A stretch of 62,853 nucleotides of DNA, filler included, from Dicyema japonicum (lineage: Eukaryota; Animalia; Dicyemida), in NCBI GenBank assembly GCA_011109175.1. It is 6 parts of 6 records of this genome, joined end to end, with 100 filler letters (N's around TTAATTAATTAA, not from the genome) between each part and the next. Parts side by side here need not be neighbours in the genome. Positions count along the whole stretch, not along the records: positions 24,000 to 30,788 come from RDEW01000231.1; positions 30,889 to 46,907 come from RDEW01000102.1; 4 more parts are not named here. One strand, written 5' to 3'. Both the position numbers and the translations under genes were made by a program. The notes under the pieces are model-generated. The model worked only from the letters and a program-made list of their open reading frames with translations. It was not told where the DNA came from and searched no databases. This document shows, one piece after another, positions 25,480 to 38,879 of the stretch; within the stretch, counting starts at the first letter, position 1, and the number at the start of each line of letters is the position of its first letter.

Positions 25480-26380
25480 TGATTACCTCAGGATCATTGG
25501 GTTAAAGAAAAAAAAAGAGCGGCGGCACGCACTTTCAATCCGATTCGTTTCCTCTTAAAACAACTATTGAAGTAAACCCAATTATCACTGTCCTTTTCCA
25601 TTTCCTCAATATATATTGTCATCACTTCGCTCACACTCTTCTCTTGAATTCCTTCAATTCGAGAGTAAATATCCTTTATCCCTTCATTAAGTTTATTAAT
25701 GCCGCGAACGTCGACTTGATTCCTATATGATACAATCATACTATCAAAAGTCTCCAGCGATTTAACATAGTTTTTTCACTTATATTCAAAGATCTGGCAT
25801 ATTTCCACCAATGTGGAGTCACTAGGCCATCCCAAGTGAGTAAAATTGGGACAATCTTGACCTCTGTGTAGTGTATCAACTCCAGCTCTTTGGAAAAAAG
25901 GTCATACTTAGTTTTGCATTCCACTTGTAGTAGATTTTGGGAAGATGTTATTCCCACTTGAACCAAGATAATTTTGTTTTTTTAATCAAAAACAAACAGG
26001 TCTGGCTTGTTATGCTTAATAATTATGTCCGTTTTGATAAAGGTGTCAACTCTGTTTTCAATTGAATCATTCATTACAATGGATTGCACTGAATGAGTCT
26101 TCAGTTTCTCGTTTTTGAGGCCAAACTCTCTGCATAAGTGGAAATGTAGGAACCTCACGATTTTGTTATTTTCTTACATAGTTCCCATCACACTTTGTGG
26201 CTCAATAATCCACTGTCTTCTTCCAATTTTAGCATGGATGCACATTGCATTTTGTTCTCCAAAGAACAGATTCCTATTTTGAATAAGGCAGAGTATGGCT
26301 TCCGACCTTGGGGAGTTATTTCCTTTTAGAAGAATAACAAGACAGAGTGATCATTATGCAAAATTGAAACTTTTGGATAC
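25480..26380 (-). mobile_element. R4-like element 3' part (CCHC plus REL)
   Basis: HNKPDLF...QVGITS...KTKYDLFSKEL...IVPILLTWDGLVT motifs, like 36085-36567; a second fragment of its C-terminus lies at 43735-43920. Confidence 0.8.
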
Positions 26381-26697
26381 TTATTATTATTATTATTAAA
26401 GCACTTTCACGAAAGCCATAATGATTATATCCCCGCATGTGCAACACTCAAAGAAACAATATTTATAGTTAGTTTTTTCCATCTTCCTCTGTCGAATGCG
26501 AGTGATCTCAATTCGTCCAGGTCGTCTCCCGTCTTTAGATTTTTTCTCACACGATTTAAGTCTTTGTTTAGGGCTGTCGGAAGTGTCGATCTAGGTCGTC
26601 CGCGGAAGGGTTTTTCGCATCTGTCAAAGTAATCTTCCATCGCTTTGTTAGCGGGTGCGTCCGGGTTCATTCTTAGTACATGCCCAAATAGCCTCCA
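26380..26697 (-). mobile_element. RTE family 2, 3' end with (TAA)n tail
   Basis: WRLFGHVLRMNPDAPANKAMEDYF...RGRPRSTLP; near-identical to 51790-52110. Confidence 0.9.
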
Positions 26698-26699
26698 NA

Positions 26700-27845
26700 A
26701 AGATTTTTCGGGAACTAGATCCTTTGGATCAATTCCTTGAATACTCTCGAGCAGCTCCCGAAAGTTATTAGGAACATCCGCCTCGATGACAACACTTTTC
26801 GAATTAATAACATCTGATATAGATCCAGGAGTTACAAGCCTCCGATAAAACTTCCAGAATGTTGGGTTCTTGGTTTCCAACCTTGCTGCTTCAGTCCTCC
26901 GTTATTTATTGACTTCTATAAATAAGAAATCTATAGTCTTCTGAGTAACTCGTATTTTTCTCTTTAGAAATTCTCAATCCATATAATCCAGACACCGTTT
27001 TAACTTTGTCAGAAGGCGATTTTGTTCTGAAATTTCCCGCTTGATATGGGTAGGGACAGCAGTTTTAGGATCTCCAGAGAAAACAGGTTTCGTATAACAA
27101 TGTAAATACTATTCCATAGTATTCACAATGTTTGGGCTACAAATTTCATAAAACCCTGCAATACATGGCCGACTTTAAATTAACACATAANTGGTCGCTT
27201 CCGATATCTCGAAGAATGGTAGAAGTATCCACATGCGCAATAAGAAATGATGACACCAGAAAAACACCAAGTTTATCACAACCTGTATATGAATAATGAT
27301 TTGGTTCCTTGGATGTCAAAACATCGAAGCCAAGAGAGTCGGATAAATGTCTCAATCTTCATCTATCCAGATTCCTCCAAAAGCAACATGTTTAGAATTA
27401 AGATCTCTGACCAAAATAGATTTCGGATAGTCAATAAAAAAAACTGATTGATACTGTCCATACAATTAATACAGTGCAACCTCCATTTGGGGCGGACCTC
27501 CTCATTGGGGTACATCTATTTTTGGGGCACCCCCAGGTTTTNNNNNNNNNNAACGAGTTTAGAATTAAGATCTCCAACCAAAATAGATTTCGGATAGTCA
27601 GTCAAAAACTGGCCGATACTGTCCACACAATTAATAAGAGTCTTCGAATACATTCCACCAATAATAATCCACACATCGTCACAGAAAATGTCAACAGAAA
27701 TAAATTCACAATCAGTGTTCCATATAGCTTGGGGTCTTCGAATGTATAAATGTCGACGATAAAAAAGAGGCTTTCCCGTGTCGCAAGCAGCCCCTTCCTT
27801 CCATCTTATATCTACAGACGAAAAACCCTTCCCCTTTTCTGACAA
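26700..27845 (-). mobile_element. Jockey/I-group LINE APE endonuclease and linker fragments
   Basis: ILVGDLNSK, DIGSD(H) and NPTFWKFYR motifs; related to 42850-43720. Confidence 0.6.
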
Positions 27846-27849
27846 AATC

Positions 27850-28707
27850 CATATTTTAGGAGCTCAGGGCTTATGTTGTCCGGCCCAGCACTCTTGTTGT
27901 TCTTCAGTTTATTTATCGCTAATTCCACCTCTTCCACTGTGGTTGGGAATTTTAGCGCCTTTGCTTCTTCTCCAAAAGGGGAAAGTCCTTATTTTCTTTA
28001 TTCAATAGTGTTTCGAAGTGTCGTGCAATCAATTCTGCTTTTTCTTCCTGGTTACCCACGAATTTTTCATTTTTGTCTTCGATGTGAAAAGTGCTTTGTC
28101 CTTTTTTTGTCCGCAGCAGTCGCAATGCCGCATACATCCTTGAATTGTCCTTTAGGCATTCCACATCTTTTAATAGAGATGTAATAATTTCCCGTGAGTG
28201 TTTTTTGTTCATCTTTTTGATTTTCCATTTTAGCTCCTTTTGTTGGATATTAAGCTCTTCTTTACTCTCGTCTGACGTGTTTGCCGCTTTTAGCCGTAGC
28301 TCTCTGCAATGCTTTGCCATATTTGGCACGTTCGGGTGGTGATCTAATTTTAGGGCGCGATGATTTCGGACTCCAAGGCATATGTTGGCCGACTTGGAGA
28401 TTACCTGCTTTGTTTGATCCCACAGAGTTTGTACTGNACTTGGAGATTGCCTGTTTTGTTTGATCCCACAGAGTTCGTACTGATGATTCCGGTGCGGTTT
28501 TCACCATAAGAGTCTCGATTTGTTCGAATATTTAGCTCTACAAGTTGGCTCTAACCACAATTTTTCTGTCTGAAAGTATATATTGGGTCTTTGTCTCGCC
28601 TTCTTCGCGTTTTCAATGTATTTTTTCCCAGTCAGGTGCTTTTTTACACAAAGTTTTGCAATGACGATCCTGTGGTCGCTGTCGGTTGTTGTTCCCTGGT
28701 AGGAACG
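27850..28707 (-). mobile_element. RTE family 2, middle part (APE end, linker, start of RT)
   Basis: TDSDHRIVIAK, MYAALRLL, HFETLLN and KLKNNKSAGPDNISPELLKYG motifs. Confidence 0.85.
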
Positions 28708-29344
28708 NNNNNNNNNNNNNNNNNNNNNNNNNNNNNNNNNNNNNNNNNNNNNNNNNNNNNNNNNNNNNNAAAAAGTCAAGTTGTCTTTTTTTAGTTTATA
28801 TCGCATTTTTGTGATACTACTAGCATCTTTTAATTTTTAAAAATTTTTTCAATACTTGACTTTTTTTCCGCTTGACTTTTTTTCCATTTTTGAAAATTTT
28901 TCCCTTATAAATTTTCGAAATTTAGCGCAAAACGGAAAAAAAGTCAAATCCGTAATTTCGTTAACGGACTTGTGAAGGTCGAAAGAATATCGTAAGAGAC
29001 TCAACAGATACCAAAAAAATGAGTTGTGGAAAATAGTAGGCATCTACTGGCCGATAAACTTAAAAACAGTATTTTTATGAGTAAATGCGGGCCGATATGC
29101 GAGTAAATGATACAGTCTTACTGATGATTTTTATGGCATGTTCTCCGTATGGGTNTCACTTAGTTAGTAGTTAACTTTTAACTTTTTCTAATCCGGTGAT
29201 CTTGGGGTAAAAAAAATTTTAAACCCGAAAACGTTTTGAATTACATCATTCTGTATTTTAGTAAAGATTTTGATTAATTTTTTTTATATTTTTTAAGAGA
29301 GATATTTTAAAATGGTTTTATTATCAAATGAATAAAAATTAAAT

Positions 29345-29510
29345 TAAGGCATCTGAATGGTCATGCTATTTCCCCTAACAATAGGCAACGAGATACGTTC
29401 TCGGAACCAACCAGTCTCTCTCGGATCCTTGGTCACAGCTTGAATCATGGAACCGATCTTACAAACCAACTCATCTGCTGGGGGCCAAGGATTCCTGACG
29501 TTTCCACCGC
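29345..29510 (-). mobile_element. CRE-like extreme 3' fragment
   Basis: AVETSGILGP...KDPRETGWFRERISLPIVRGNS. Confidence 0.75.
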
Positions 29511-29932
29511 GAAAAAATTTATCATAAAGTCAAAAAAGGTCAAAAATTTGGAATTTTTAAGTCAATAAAATCAACTTTTTAGGTCAAAATTTCCGATTTA
29601 CAAAGTCAAAATAAATATCGCTCTAGTTATTACCACAATGTCTGCTGTCATTAAGACCAATACATCAAGGTTANGTCAAAAAAGGTCAAAAATTTGGAAT
29701 TTTTAAGTCAATAAAGTCAACTTTTTAGGTCAAAATTTCCGATTTACAAAGTCAAAATAAAAATCTCCCTAGTTATTACCACAATGTCTACTGTCACTAA
29801 GACCAATACATCCAGGTTACTGCTTTCAAGTAGACGCTGGAAATAATGTTGAATATACACAGTTCATTGAGCTATAACTGGAATGAACTGATCAAACTTA
29901 TTAAGCATCATGTGATTTTCAAGTTATCAGAA

Positions 29933-30120
29933 GACTCCCAGTGCTCGGTTGGCAGCTAAAAATATCTTACCTGCTCTATTGGAGGGGTTTCCACAATAGC
30001 AGATGTGGGTGAAAGTGATTTTTGGAGACTCCCAGTGCTCGGTTGGCCGCTAAAAATATCTTACCTGCTTTATTGGAGGGGTTTCCACAATAGCAGATGT
30101 GGGTGAAAGTGATTTTTGGA
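29933..30120. repeat. 94-nt tandem duplication (2 copies)
   Basis: Units start at 29933 and 30027 and differ by 2-3 substitutions. Confidence 0.85.
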
Positions 30121-30888
30121 AGGAGTGGTTTTATCCTTGGTAATTCAATATACCTATAGAGACGTTAATTGACTCTATAAATAAGCACAAATGAGGTAAA
30201 AGTGAGATCTTCTTGATATCAATGTAAGGTTGGGTAAATCTTCAATTTAAAATAGTAAAAAATTTCAAATTTATAAAATTGTGTTAAAATTAGAATTTTG
30301 AGATCAAATCGACGATAAGAATTACGTGGCTCGCTAACATGTAGATGGCCGTCTACCATCAAACGTCTAGCTGATAGTGTTGTGCGCTCTCATAAGTTTT
30401 TATTTTTATTGGTTTTCCTGGTCAGAAAAGGATTTGATTGGTGATATCACAGAGTCAGTGTAGTCAAATAAATACTTGAAACAAAGGCGGAAAATAATAG
30501 AAATTATCGCTTAGTTTCCAAAGAAACTTGGACGCCTAGCTACACTAAATACCCATGACGCACGTGAGAACCGGTGGCTTCTCCAGTTGATCTTTGTTGC
30601 AATAACGAGAGGCAACTCAACGTCGATTATGTCGGCGGGGACCACTTTTGATTGATTTTTGTGTTTTAATAAAATATTTGTTATTAATTGATAATCAAAC
30701 AAGAAAATGAAAATATCATGTGAACCGACGACATCCAACTAAGCAAGTGCCCAACAACGACATGTCGGGTTGAGACGTCTATAAAAAANNNNNNNNNNNN
30801 NNNNNNNNNNNNNNNNNNNNNNNNNNNNNNNNTTAATTAATTAANNNNNNNNNNNNNNNNNNNNNNNNNNNNNNNNNNNNNNNNNNNN

Positions 30889-31375
30889 GAGGACCCCGAG
30901 GAACATGGACTTTTCTGTTTCTACCCTCTACCAACAAACAATCGCGCCAGCCGTTGAGTATGCCTCCGATGCATGGAGATACGCGCTATCGGAGTCTATG
31001 GTCGAAATAGTCAACTCAATACACCAGAAAACAATCAATGTGTTTAGCCCACGTAATGGATCAAAAGTTGACCCGCTACTCACAGAAGCTAAGATCCGTA
31101 GTCGTGGCTCCGGATTTCTTAGCTTCTGTGAGGAAAATAAAAACCCGCTTCGCCTGATTTTTTCCATGGCAAGGGAAAACCGATTGGATAAAAAATTCCC
31201 CTCCTCGATCGGATTTCTCGGCAAGACCGAGAGAAGGCTTTTCCGGAAAGTAGTGGGGACAATGGAAAATCACAGACGTCGAATGGCACAATTGATTGTG
31301 AGGACTGGATTACCTAACTGTTTGACTCTTTTGTCTTTCTTTTTCGGTGTTCCCGGGGTTATTAAAATAAATAAA
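30889..31375 (+). mobile_element. Jockey/I-group LINE 3' end, same family as 2150-3260
   Basis: LYQQTIAPAVEYASDAW...DPLLTEAKIR; taaa tail at 31363-31376. Confidence 0.8.
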
Positions 31376-32534
31376 TACTCCGAGTTATTTTGTAGAATTT
31401 TTGTGGAAATGGCAAGTGAGCCATTTGGAAAACTCCTTCGATGAATTAATAAATGCGATCGTTAGATATTGTCCACCGAACATCACGCTGCTTAGAAACA
31501 AATGACTTATTTTTGTAATAATGACTTTTTTTGCTAAGGGAATGATTACAAGCATCTATATGAAGCGCATAATGGTTTCTTTTTAGATAGAGGGTCGTTA
31601 ATAGCTTAGCTTTGACTTTGTCGGTATCATTTTTTATTTATTTTATTTCTTAACCCCTGATACACAGAGAAAGAAGTTAAAGTAAACAACAAATTAAATG
31701 TATCCAGTTTCCACTTCTACTGAAACAGATTCCATTTAGAATCAGCATAAAGGGAAAAACGTCCATTACATGAAGTTGTGAAAACCCTTCCAGTGGAGTG
31801 GGGAAGAGCAAATGATCCCTTTTCGTGCCAGCCTGCCACTGGGCCTCACCTAGACAGGTGGATTACATGACGCCACTTTAATAGGAATAGAGAGGAGGAA
31901 CAGACAAGCAAGCAAAATTTTTAACCAATTAACCACGCAGCACTACATAGTTCCACGCGGCCACTCCATTATTTTAACACCACTAAGTCGTAAAGATTTA
32001 GCAATTTATTTTAAAAAATTTATAATAATATTTACAAATTCGGCATTGTTCAATTTTTTTAATTTTTTCATTAATTCATTAAAAAAAATTCATTAATTCA
32101 AATGCAGGCATCAGTTGCACTGGGAATCAAGTTGTCTCGAGTTTTTTTTATTAAAAGGTGATCTTATTTTTTTCCAGCATATCTATTTCTACATTTTTCA
32201 CAAAAAGTTGAGCTAAACGTCACCTTCATTTAAGGAGAGGAAATACGTAACCTCTTGTATCATCTGACTGACGAACTATTCGACGAGGTGAAGCAATAAT
32301 TTTAATTCCCAAAAATTGATTTGACCATTAAATTAAGAGTTATTGAACCTTTATGCAATAAGATACAAAATCCCAAATTATGAGGACATATACGTAAGAG
32401 AGGATATATACATTGTCGTTATCGGTACTATCTACTTGATTTCATGATCCAAGATAAATTATTTTGGAATGATTTAGCATTATTTTACGTAATGCAATTT
32501 AACGGTCTTAATGTTGTCAGAATGTTTAGAATTA

Positions 32535-32860
32535 TTATTATTAATCATCAGTCTCGAAAAAACATAAAATTAGTTAAGTTTCCCTTGTGCCGTATTCCGA
32601 ATCATCTTCTACTTCAGTTCCGACCATGATCTTCTGTTGCGCGCTAGGTCTTTTAGGTAGTTTAGGTGTCTGCCATTTCCATTATAATGTCAGATGCTGC
32701 CCACAGTCTTGTAACACAATGAATCAGGTCATGATGGACTACAAATCCGAGACTATATTCGACAGGCCGACTATAATGTCAGATGCTGCCCACAGTCTTG
32801 TAACACAATGAATCAGGTCATGATGGACTACAAATCCGAGACTATATTCGACAGGCCGAC
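32535..32860 (-). mobile_element. RTE 3' remnant with (TAA)n tail and ~90-nt tandem duplication
   Basis: LNYLKDLARNRRSWSEL; 3' UTR cggcacaag.gaa.cttaa shared with the 48425-48510 region. Confidence 0.5.
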
Positions 32861-33659
32861 GAGAGGGTAAAAAGGTGGAATTTGCCAAACAGTTATGTAC
32901 ATTGTCTTATCGTTTTTGTCTCTTGTTGACAGCATACAGAAATGGGATTACTTAATTAGTTGTGTTGTCATCTTTCATGGTGGTATAAGTTCTCCAATAC
33001 TTCAAAATCCACAAAGGATAATTCTACAATTGGTTATCATCATGGAATTAATACATACTTTTCCTAGTCTTCTGTAAATAACTGGGATGGTTTGTTTCTT
33101 TTGGTCAGTAATAGCCGCANCTATCGTTTTTGTCTCTTGTTGACAGCATACAGAAATGGGATTACTTAATTAGTTGTGTTGTCATCTTTCATGGTGGTAT
33201 AAGTTCTCCAATACTTCAAAATCCACAAAAGATAATTCTACAATTGGTTATCATCATGAAATTAATACATACTTTTCCTAGTCTTCTGTAAATAACTGGG
33301 ATGGTTTGTTTCTTTTGGTCAGTAATAGCCGCAGAGTTCTGTAGTATAAAAAATTTAAATTTCAGAAACTGTGAGCAATCAACCAGCCAGATGCTGACAA
33401 AGAGGGGTTTCAGAGTAACGGAGCGTTGGAATTGTGAAGATCACCGAACCGGACGGACGCCTATGGAAACTTTTATGAGACTAGACTACAGATCAAGTGA
33501 ATGTGGCCATGATAAAGCAGTCAGTTCATGCGCGGGCACGGGGGAAGAACACCGGGCAAAGATGAGGACGCTGTTAAATTGCATCGGATCACGTGATAAT
33601 TATTTTGTTTTCCTTTATTTCTTATACTTATTTGTGATAGTTTGAAAAGCATGCAACGT

Positions 33660-36620
33660 GCGATCGATTCGGTGTCGTTATAACTCTCGAGTTGGTAAAA
33701 ATGTTAAAAGGAAAAAAGGAGAAGGGTCAATTGCGTTACCAGGTGGTAAGGATATAATTCTTGCTATATCCGAGAGCGTTGTGCTAGCTTACCCAAAAGA
33801 ATGGGCGAGCAGGTAGTCCTGCAGGTACGTAGCAGACTATCCCGAATGTCCTAGAATGTTTGGCCATACCTGGCGGAGCTCTGCAGTGGCAAATTCAGTA
33901 TCCCTATATCTGTGAGAGAACTCAAGAAAATGGCTGTAGGCAAAGAAGGTACTGGTCTAAAGGGGCGGGGATCAGATGACCATAACTGTCAAAAAGAGCA
34001 AGAGAAAATTGACGGACAAGCCCAGAACACACAGTAAATGAAGAGACCAGATCTGTGCCAACATTGCTTGGAGACAGACTGAGCTGGAAGAACTGGAGAA
34101 GCACATAAGTTGTCTGGAGAGAGGAGTTAGAAGAAAAGGAATGCATATAATAAAGGGACTATTAGTAAACTACGTGTTCCCAAATGGGACCTCAAAGAGT
34201 TGAGTAAGGCAAAAGTGGAGTTAGAAGGGGCAATATCATATGTAAAAAAATATTATTCACATGAAAGTCGGGGTAAGAGAAGAAGAGAAAATAATCTGTT
34301 TGAGTTTAATTGCAAATTGTTATACCGTTGCCTACACGAGAATTCCCATAGTGCATGTTTCCAGCAGGACGCGGAAATGTTTTCTACATGAAATAGGATG
34401 TGGGAGGCTAAACCACGCAGAAGATATGCGTGGAATNCAGCAGGTCGCGGAAATGCTTTCCACATAAGGTAGTATATGGGAGGCTAAACCACGCAGAAGA
34501 AATGCATGGAATGTCCATACAGGGCCGCTCCATTCTTGGGGAATCTTGCTTAATTTTCGATTTCCGCAAGAAATTTGCTCAGTCTTCAGCAGATTATAAA
34601 CCGATAACCTGCATGCCAACCCTGTATAAACTAATGACCATTTTGGTGGCTAATGAAGTCAGGAGCTTTGTAGAAGCAATTGAGATTCTCACCGAAAATC
34701 AATTGGGAACTGTTAGAAATTGTCAGGGGGCAAAAGAGCAGGCTTTGATCAACAAGTGCCTTTCTGTGTCTAACGGAAACTCACTTTTGTCTATGTGGGT
34801 GTATGTGAAGAAGGCTTACGATTCAGTTAATCATTCTTACCTTGCCGAGTGCCTACACAGTCTGTTTATGCCTGTGTGGTTCATCAGCTTTGTAGTGGCT
34901 GTGATGAATAGGTGGAGTATTCATCTGAACTATAATAGGCACCGGATAGGAGAGGTAAAACTCAACAGGGGATCCTTCAGGAAGATAGCATGTCTCCGCT
35001 GCTCTTTGTTCTCTGTTTGGAGCCATTCAGTCGCCGCCTCAATGACCGGTTTGAGCAAATACCAGTTCATTGTGAGGGGGTTTGTTTCAGTACAAATCAC
35101 CTTCTTTTATTGATGACCTGAGATGCATTCTTGAACAGCAGAAGAGCTCTACTCCATGGGGGTCTGTGCAAGGGAATTCTTTGAGAGTATAGGACTAGAT
35201 TTGAATTATTCTAAGTCTCGACAAACACGCAAGTATCTAGCGAGTTAATGAAAGTCCTAGAAGAACACAAAGGATATGAGTGTCTGAGTATTACAGAAAC
35301 TTCAAAGTCCCTTATAATGCCTGAGACAATGCGACACAATACTGAAGGCATTCGTAAAAAAGCAGCGTATTATGTAAGACGTCTCTATATGTAAGGAATT
35401 TGTTCTTAGCATTAAATGAGTATGCTGTCTTGCTGCTAAGTTACTACATAGGTGCTGTGGAGTTTGACTCAAGAGAGTATGATGAGATGTATGTTATGTT
35501 TCGTGGAGTACTCAGAAAGAACCATGTCCATCTGCTTGCAGCCAATAAGGTGAGACTATATTTACCCCGTGATAAATTCGGCCGTGGACTGTGTGGAGTA
35601 GTCCAACTTAGTGAGCGTATCCTAATGCGAATGCACGACACCCTGATAGCTGGGTTAAGTGTGTCTGGTAGGAAGCACGCCATAATAACGACCGAGAAAA
35701 CACCGGCAACCCACCTAGGCACTATCAGACCTTTTTTGTCTGCTATGTATGGTGTTGATGATGGTGGGCTAGTAAATGTGAAGGCGTTGATTGAATTACA
35801 ATATAATAATTTGATGGAAAAGATCCACTTAAAAAGCCTTCATTAGGTTTTCTTCAGAGCATTGGACAACCCACATGTCGACCTTAAGTCGTTGACAATA
35901 TGGCTAAAATACGGTGACAACTTACCTCGATGGTGGCGCTGTACACATATGTGATGACCCCAATATCATTTGGGGTCGATCAACAAATACATGTCCCCAC
36001 TGTAAGTCAAGGAGCATGTCGGTTAATCATTTAGCCACTCGATGTGGATACATGCTCTGCCACGACTATGTGTAGAGGCATAACGTGGTAGTAAGAAGTA
36101 TTCATCTTTCACTATGCAATAAGTATGCTATTCGCCAAGCCAGAAAGTTGCGGACTTATAAGGTGCAATCTGTAGTAGAGAACAACAGGGTCCAAATTAT
36201 GGTAGACACTGTTATCCGTACCTCGGTGCTAGTCAAGCACAATAAACCGGATATTGTGGTACACGATAAAGATTCCAGCCAAGTCCTTTTCATAGAGGTA
36301 GGCATCACGTCTCAAGACCGTGTGCAGACTGGAGGTGGAGAAAAATAGGAATATGACTTGTTTGCAAACAAGATGGGGAAGATGCTTGGTTGCAAGGTTA
36401 TCGTTATTCCAATAGTATTGACGTCGGAAAGAATTGCAACAAAGTTTCACAAAGGTTATCTGAATCAGTTGGGGGTAGATAGGAAGCTTTATGCCTATCT
36501 GCAGTCCACTGTGTTAAAGCGGACCCTAGAGAGCCTGAAACTGGAGCATAGAGGTAGATTCCGATAATGGCAAATGGGCACAGGGTTCAGTTGGACAGAA
36601 GGTTGTTGATTATTAAATAT
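33660..36620 (+). mobile_element. Near-full-length, frameshifted R4-like non-LTR retrotransposon (RT, CCHC, REL)
   Basis: YKPITCMPTLYKL, QGAKEQALINK, VKKAYDSVNH, FIDDL, YLPRDKFGRGL, CPHC...HLATRC...RHN and KPDIVVHDK...IEVGITS motifs. Confidence 0.9.
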
Positions 36621-36674
36621 TAACTTTTTATTGTTGGTTAAATAAAGTGGAAATTTAATTAATAAAGCAATAAC

Positions 36675-37020
36675 AGTCATGAACGCTATCGAACACGCCG
36701 GTTTTACACTTCTTCTGGACCCCGTAGGTCTTTACAGAGGTGATAGTAAAATCCCGGATGACGTAACAATCATGCCATGGAGCCAAGTGAGGTGTCTTGA
36801 TTAGGATTCAACGTGAACAGACGCTTTATCTAATGGGAATTTGTTTGAGTCATCGTTGCACGCGGGATCCGCAGCAAGCACTGCTAAAGATTTGAAAAAG
36901 AGGGAACACCAAGTCATCGTGTACCAGTTCAATTTTCATCCGACCTCTGTTGAAATGTCTGGCGTTATTGGCCCGAGCACGTCTGAGTTTATCAGGTTAA
37001 CCGACTGCTTTCGTGGAAGC
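36675..37020 (+). mobile_element. Decayed CRE-like REL fragment
   Basis: AGFTLLLDPVGLYRGDSKIPDDVTIMPWS...HAGSAASTA...VEMSGVIGP. Confidence 0.75.
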
Positions 37021-37624
37021 AGATGGGTGAACCTAGAATGACATGATGGTTTCGCTTTTGCGTGTTCCTGTAGCCATTGGTTGTAAGTGATCACTCTAAG
37101 GTAATTCCTATAAGATTGTATGATTAGACAATACCCATAGGTTACTCGAGTAGATCACTTGTGAGATAATCTATGATTGGCGAGTCTTTTAGAGTTTTTT
37201 CATAACAGCGATGTGTGAGTCTGCTTCGTGAATCTCGATAATATTCTGGAGACCTAGTTGATTATTATTTCAATAACTATCAGTTTGTTCGTAAATATTC
37301 ATTTATTAACATCCCTAAGCCACGGTAAAACCATTATCACATGATCCTGATTCCTTCCATTAGAGATCTCATCTTTGCCCGGTGATCCTCCTGGGTGCCC
37401 GCGCGTGATCTTTCAGGGACACTGATTGAATTTACGGAGCCGCATTCCAGTCTCATAAAAACCTCCAGAAGACATAAATAAATTGATAAAAATATTTATT
37501 AAATTCAAATATTAAATAAATATAGTGCATCTCCCAACAGCTGAATTAAAATTAAAATTAACTATTCTTTTTCCTTTTTCCTTATAATAAAATATTATTT
37601 GAAATAAATATTTAGAATACTATT

Positions 37625-38430
37625 ATGTGGTTTATGGAGGAATACACATTTTTCCGTAATAATATGTATTATATTAGGCCTATTTATGTTCTCGTTTATC
37701 CTAATATGCATCTTCCACCAATTTTATTTGATCATTCCCACCATAAATGATGGAATATACCTACAGTTAACCCTTATGTTTATATTGGCACAATTCTCCA
37801 TAAATATGCTCATTGTTTTAAATTCGGACTCTTCTCATGGTAATTATGGTACTTTAGTCTACAGGTAAGATCACAGTGCCCACGTGGGTCTCGCTTAAAC
37901 ATTGCTACATCTGCAACAAGCAGGTCCCAAAGGAGTCCTCGCATTGCTTTGAATGCAAGCGCTGTGTTATCAATCGCGCCTACCACAGTGCTATTTTCTC
38001 CACGTGCAACGGTTTTTCAAACTACAGAAAATTTTTTATATTTTTCCTTTATTCTTTCATTTTATTTACCTTTATGTCATCCACTTGTCTGCATTATATG
38101 TTCACTTACGGAATGACCAGCCATGGATTTATTGCTGTGATCTCTTTGATCTTTCCGGCAATTTCATGGTTGGTTGGTTTTGAAAAGTCTTTATTTGATT
38201 GTCTTTTGGCAAACTTTACTTTGATGCTTTTCTGGATTTCAATGTGGGCATTTGTTCTTGAAACTGTTCAAATTACTACTGGCTGGAACCCTTTGAACAA
38301 GAGAAGAGTTAATGTGAACACACGTGAGCGTGGGATATTTGGTTTTATTTGGGAGTTTATCTTTCCATTCTACGATGGTGTTAAGAATCATCCAGATTAT
38401 ATATTTCAGTCTTCTACCACTGACATTTGA
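37625..38430 (+). CDS. ZDHHC22/24-like palmitoyltransferase-fold protein (~252 aa, 3 exons) with DHHC replaced by AYHS
   Basis: Introns 37656-37677 (22 nt) and 37840-37864 (25 nt) give a stop-free 759-nt CDS. Cys-rich domain C-x2-C-x9-HC-x2-C-x2-C-x4-AYHS-x5-C-x4-N-x3-F has exact DHHC-CRD spacing. Four hydrophobic segments; GFSNYRKF resembles ZDHHC24 GFGNYRPF. Confidence 0.88.
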
Positions 38431-38879
38431 TTTTTTCACCTCTTTATTTAATAGTACTCGTTGTTTTTTTGATAAGATATGGATCTTCGTAAGGGGGTCG
38501 AATGTTTTTATTTAATTATTAACTTAGCTGTAGCCGGGACCATTAGTAAAAGTCCAGCAATAAATGCTGCGCGTCCGCTTCAGATCCAGGGAGCCCAGGA
38601 TTAGTAAGAAGATTGCGAACTGTTGGAAAAGAACTGTATCTAGAATAAAAATGGAGACTAGACAAGGATTTGATTCAATTTCCGGATATTTAATTAAAAT
38701 ACATTAAACCCTCATTAATCCGAACAAAAAAATTGGATTCCTTTTGGATTGTAGAGGAATAAATATAATAATTTCATTGTAATTAATATTTATGTTTTCA
38801 CATATCAGAAGATAATGTAATATAAAATTAAATTTTTTTTTTTAAATTTAATAATATTTATTTTAAATTTTAAATGCAA

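Noticed and set aside
2670-34470. Direct duplications adjoining single n characters (2796, 28437, 29674, 33120, 34437) as biological tandem repeats
   Set aside because: A lone n between near-identical copies is typical of negative-gap scaffold joins or merged haplotypes.
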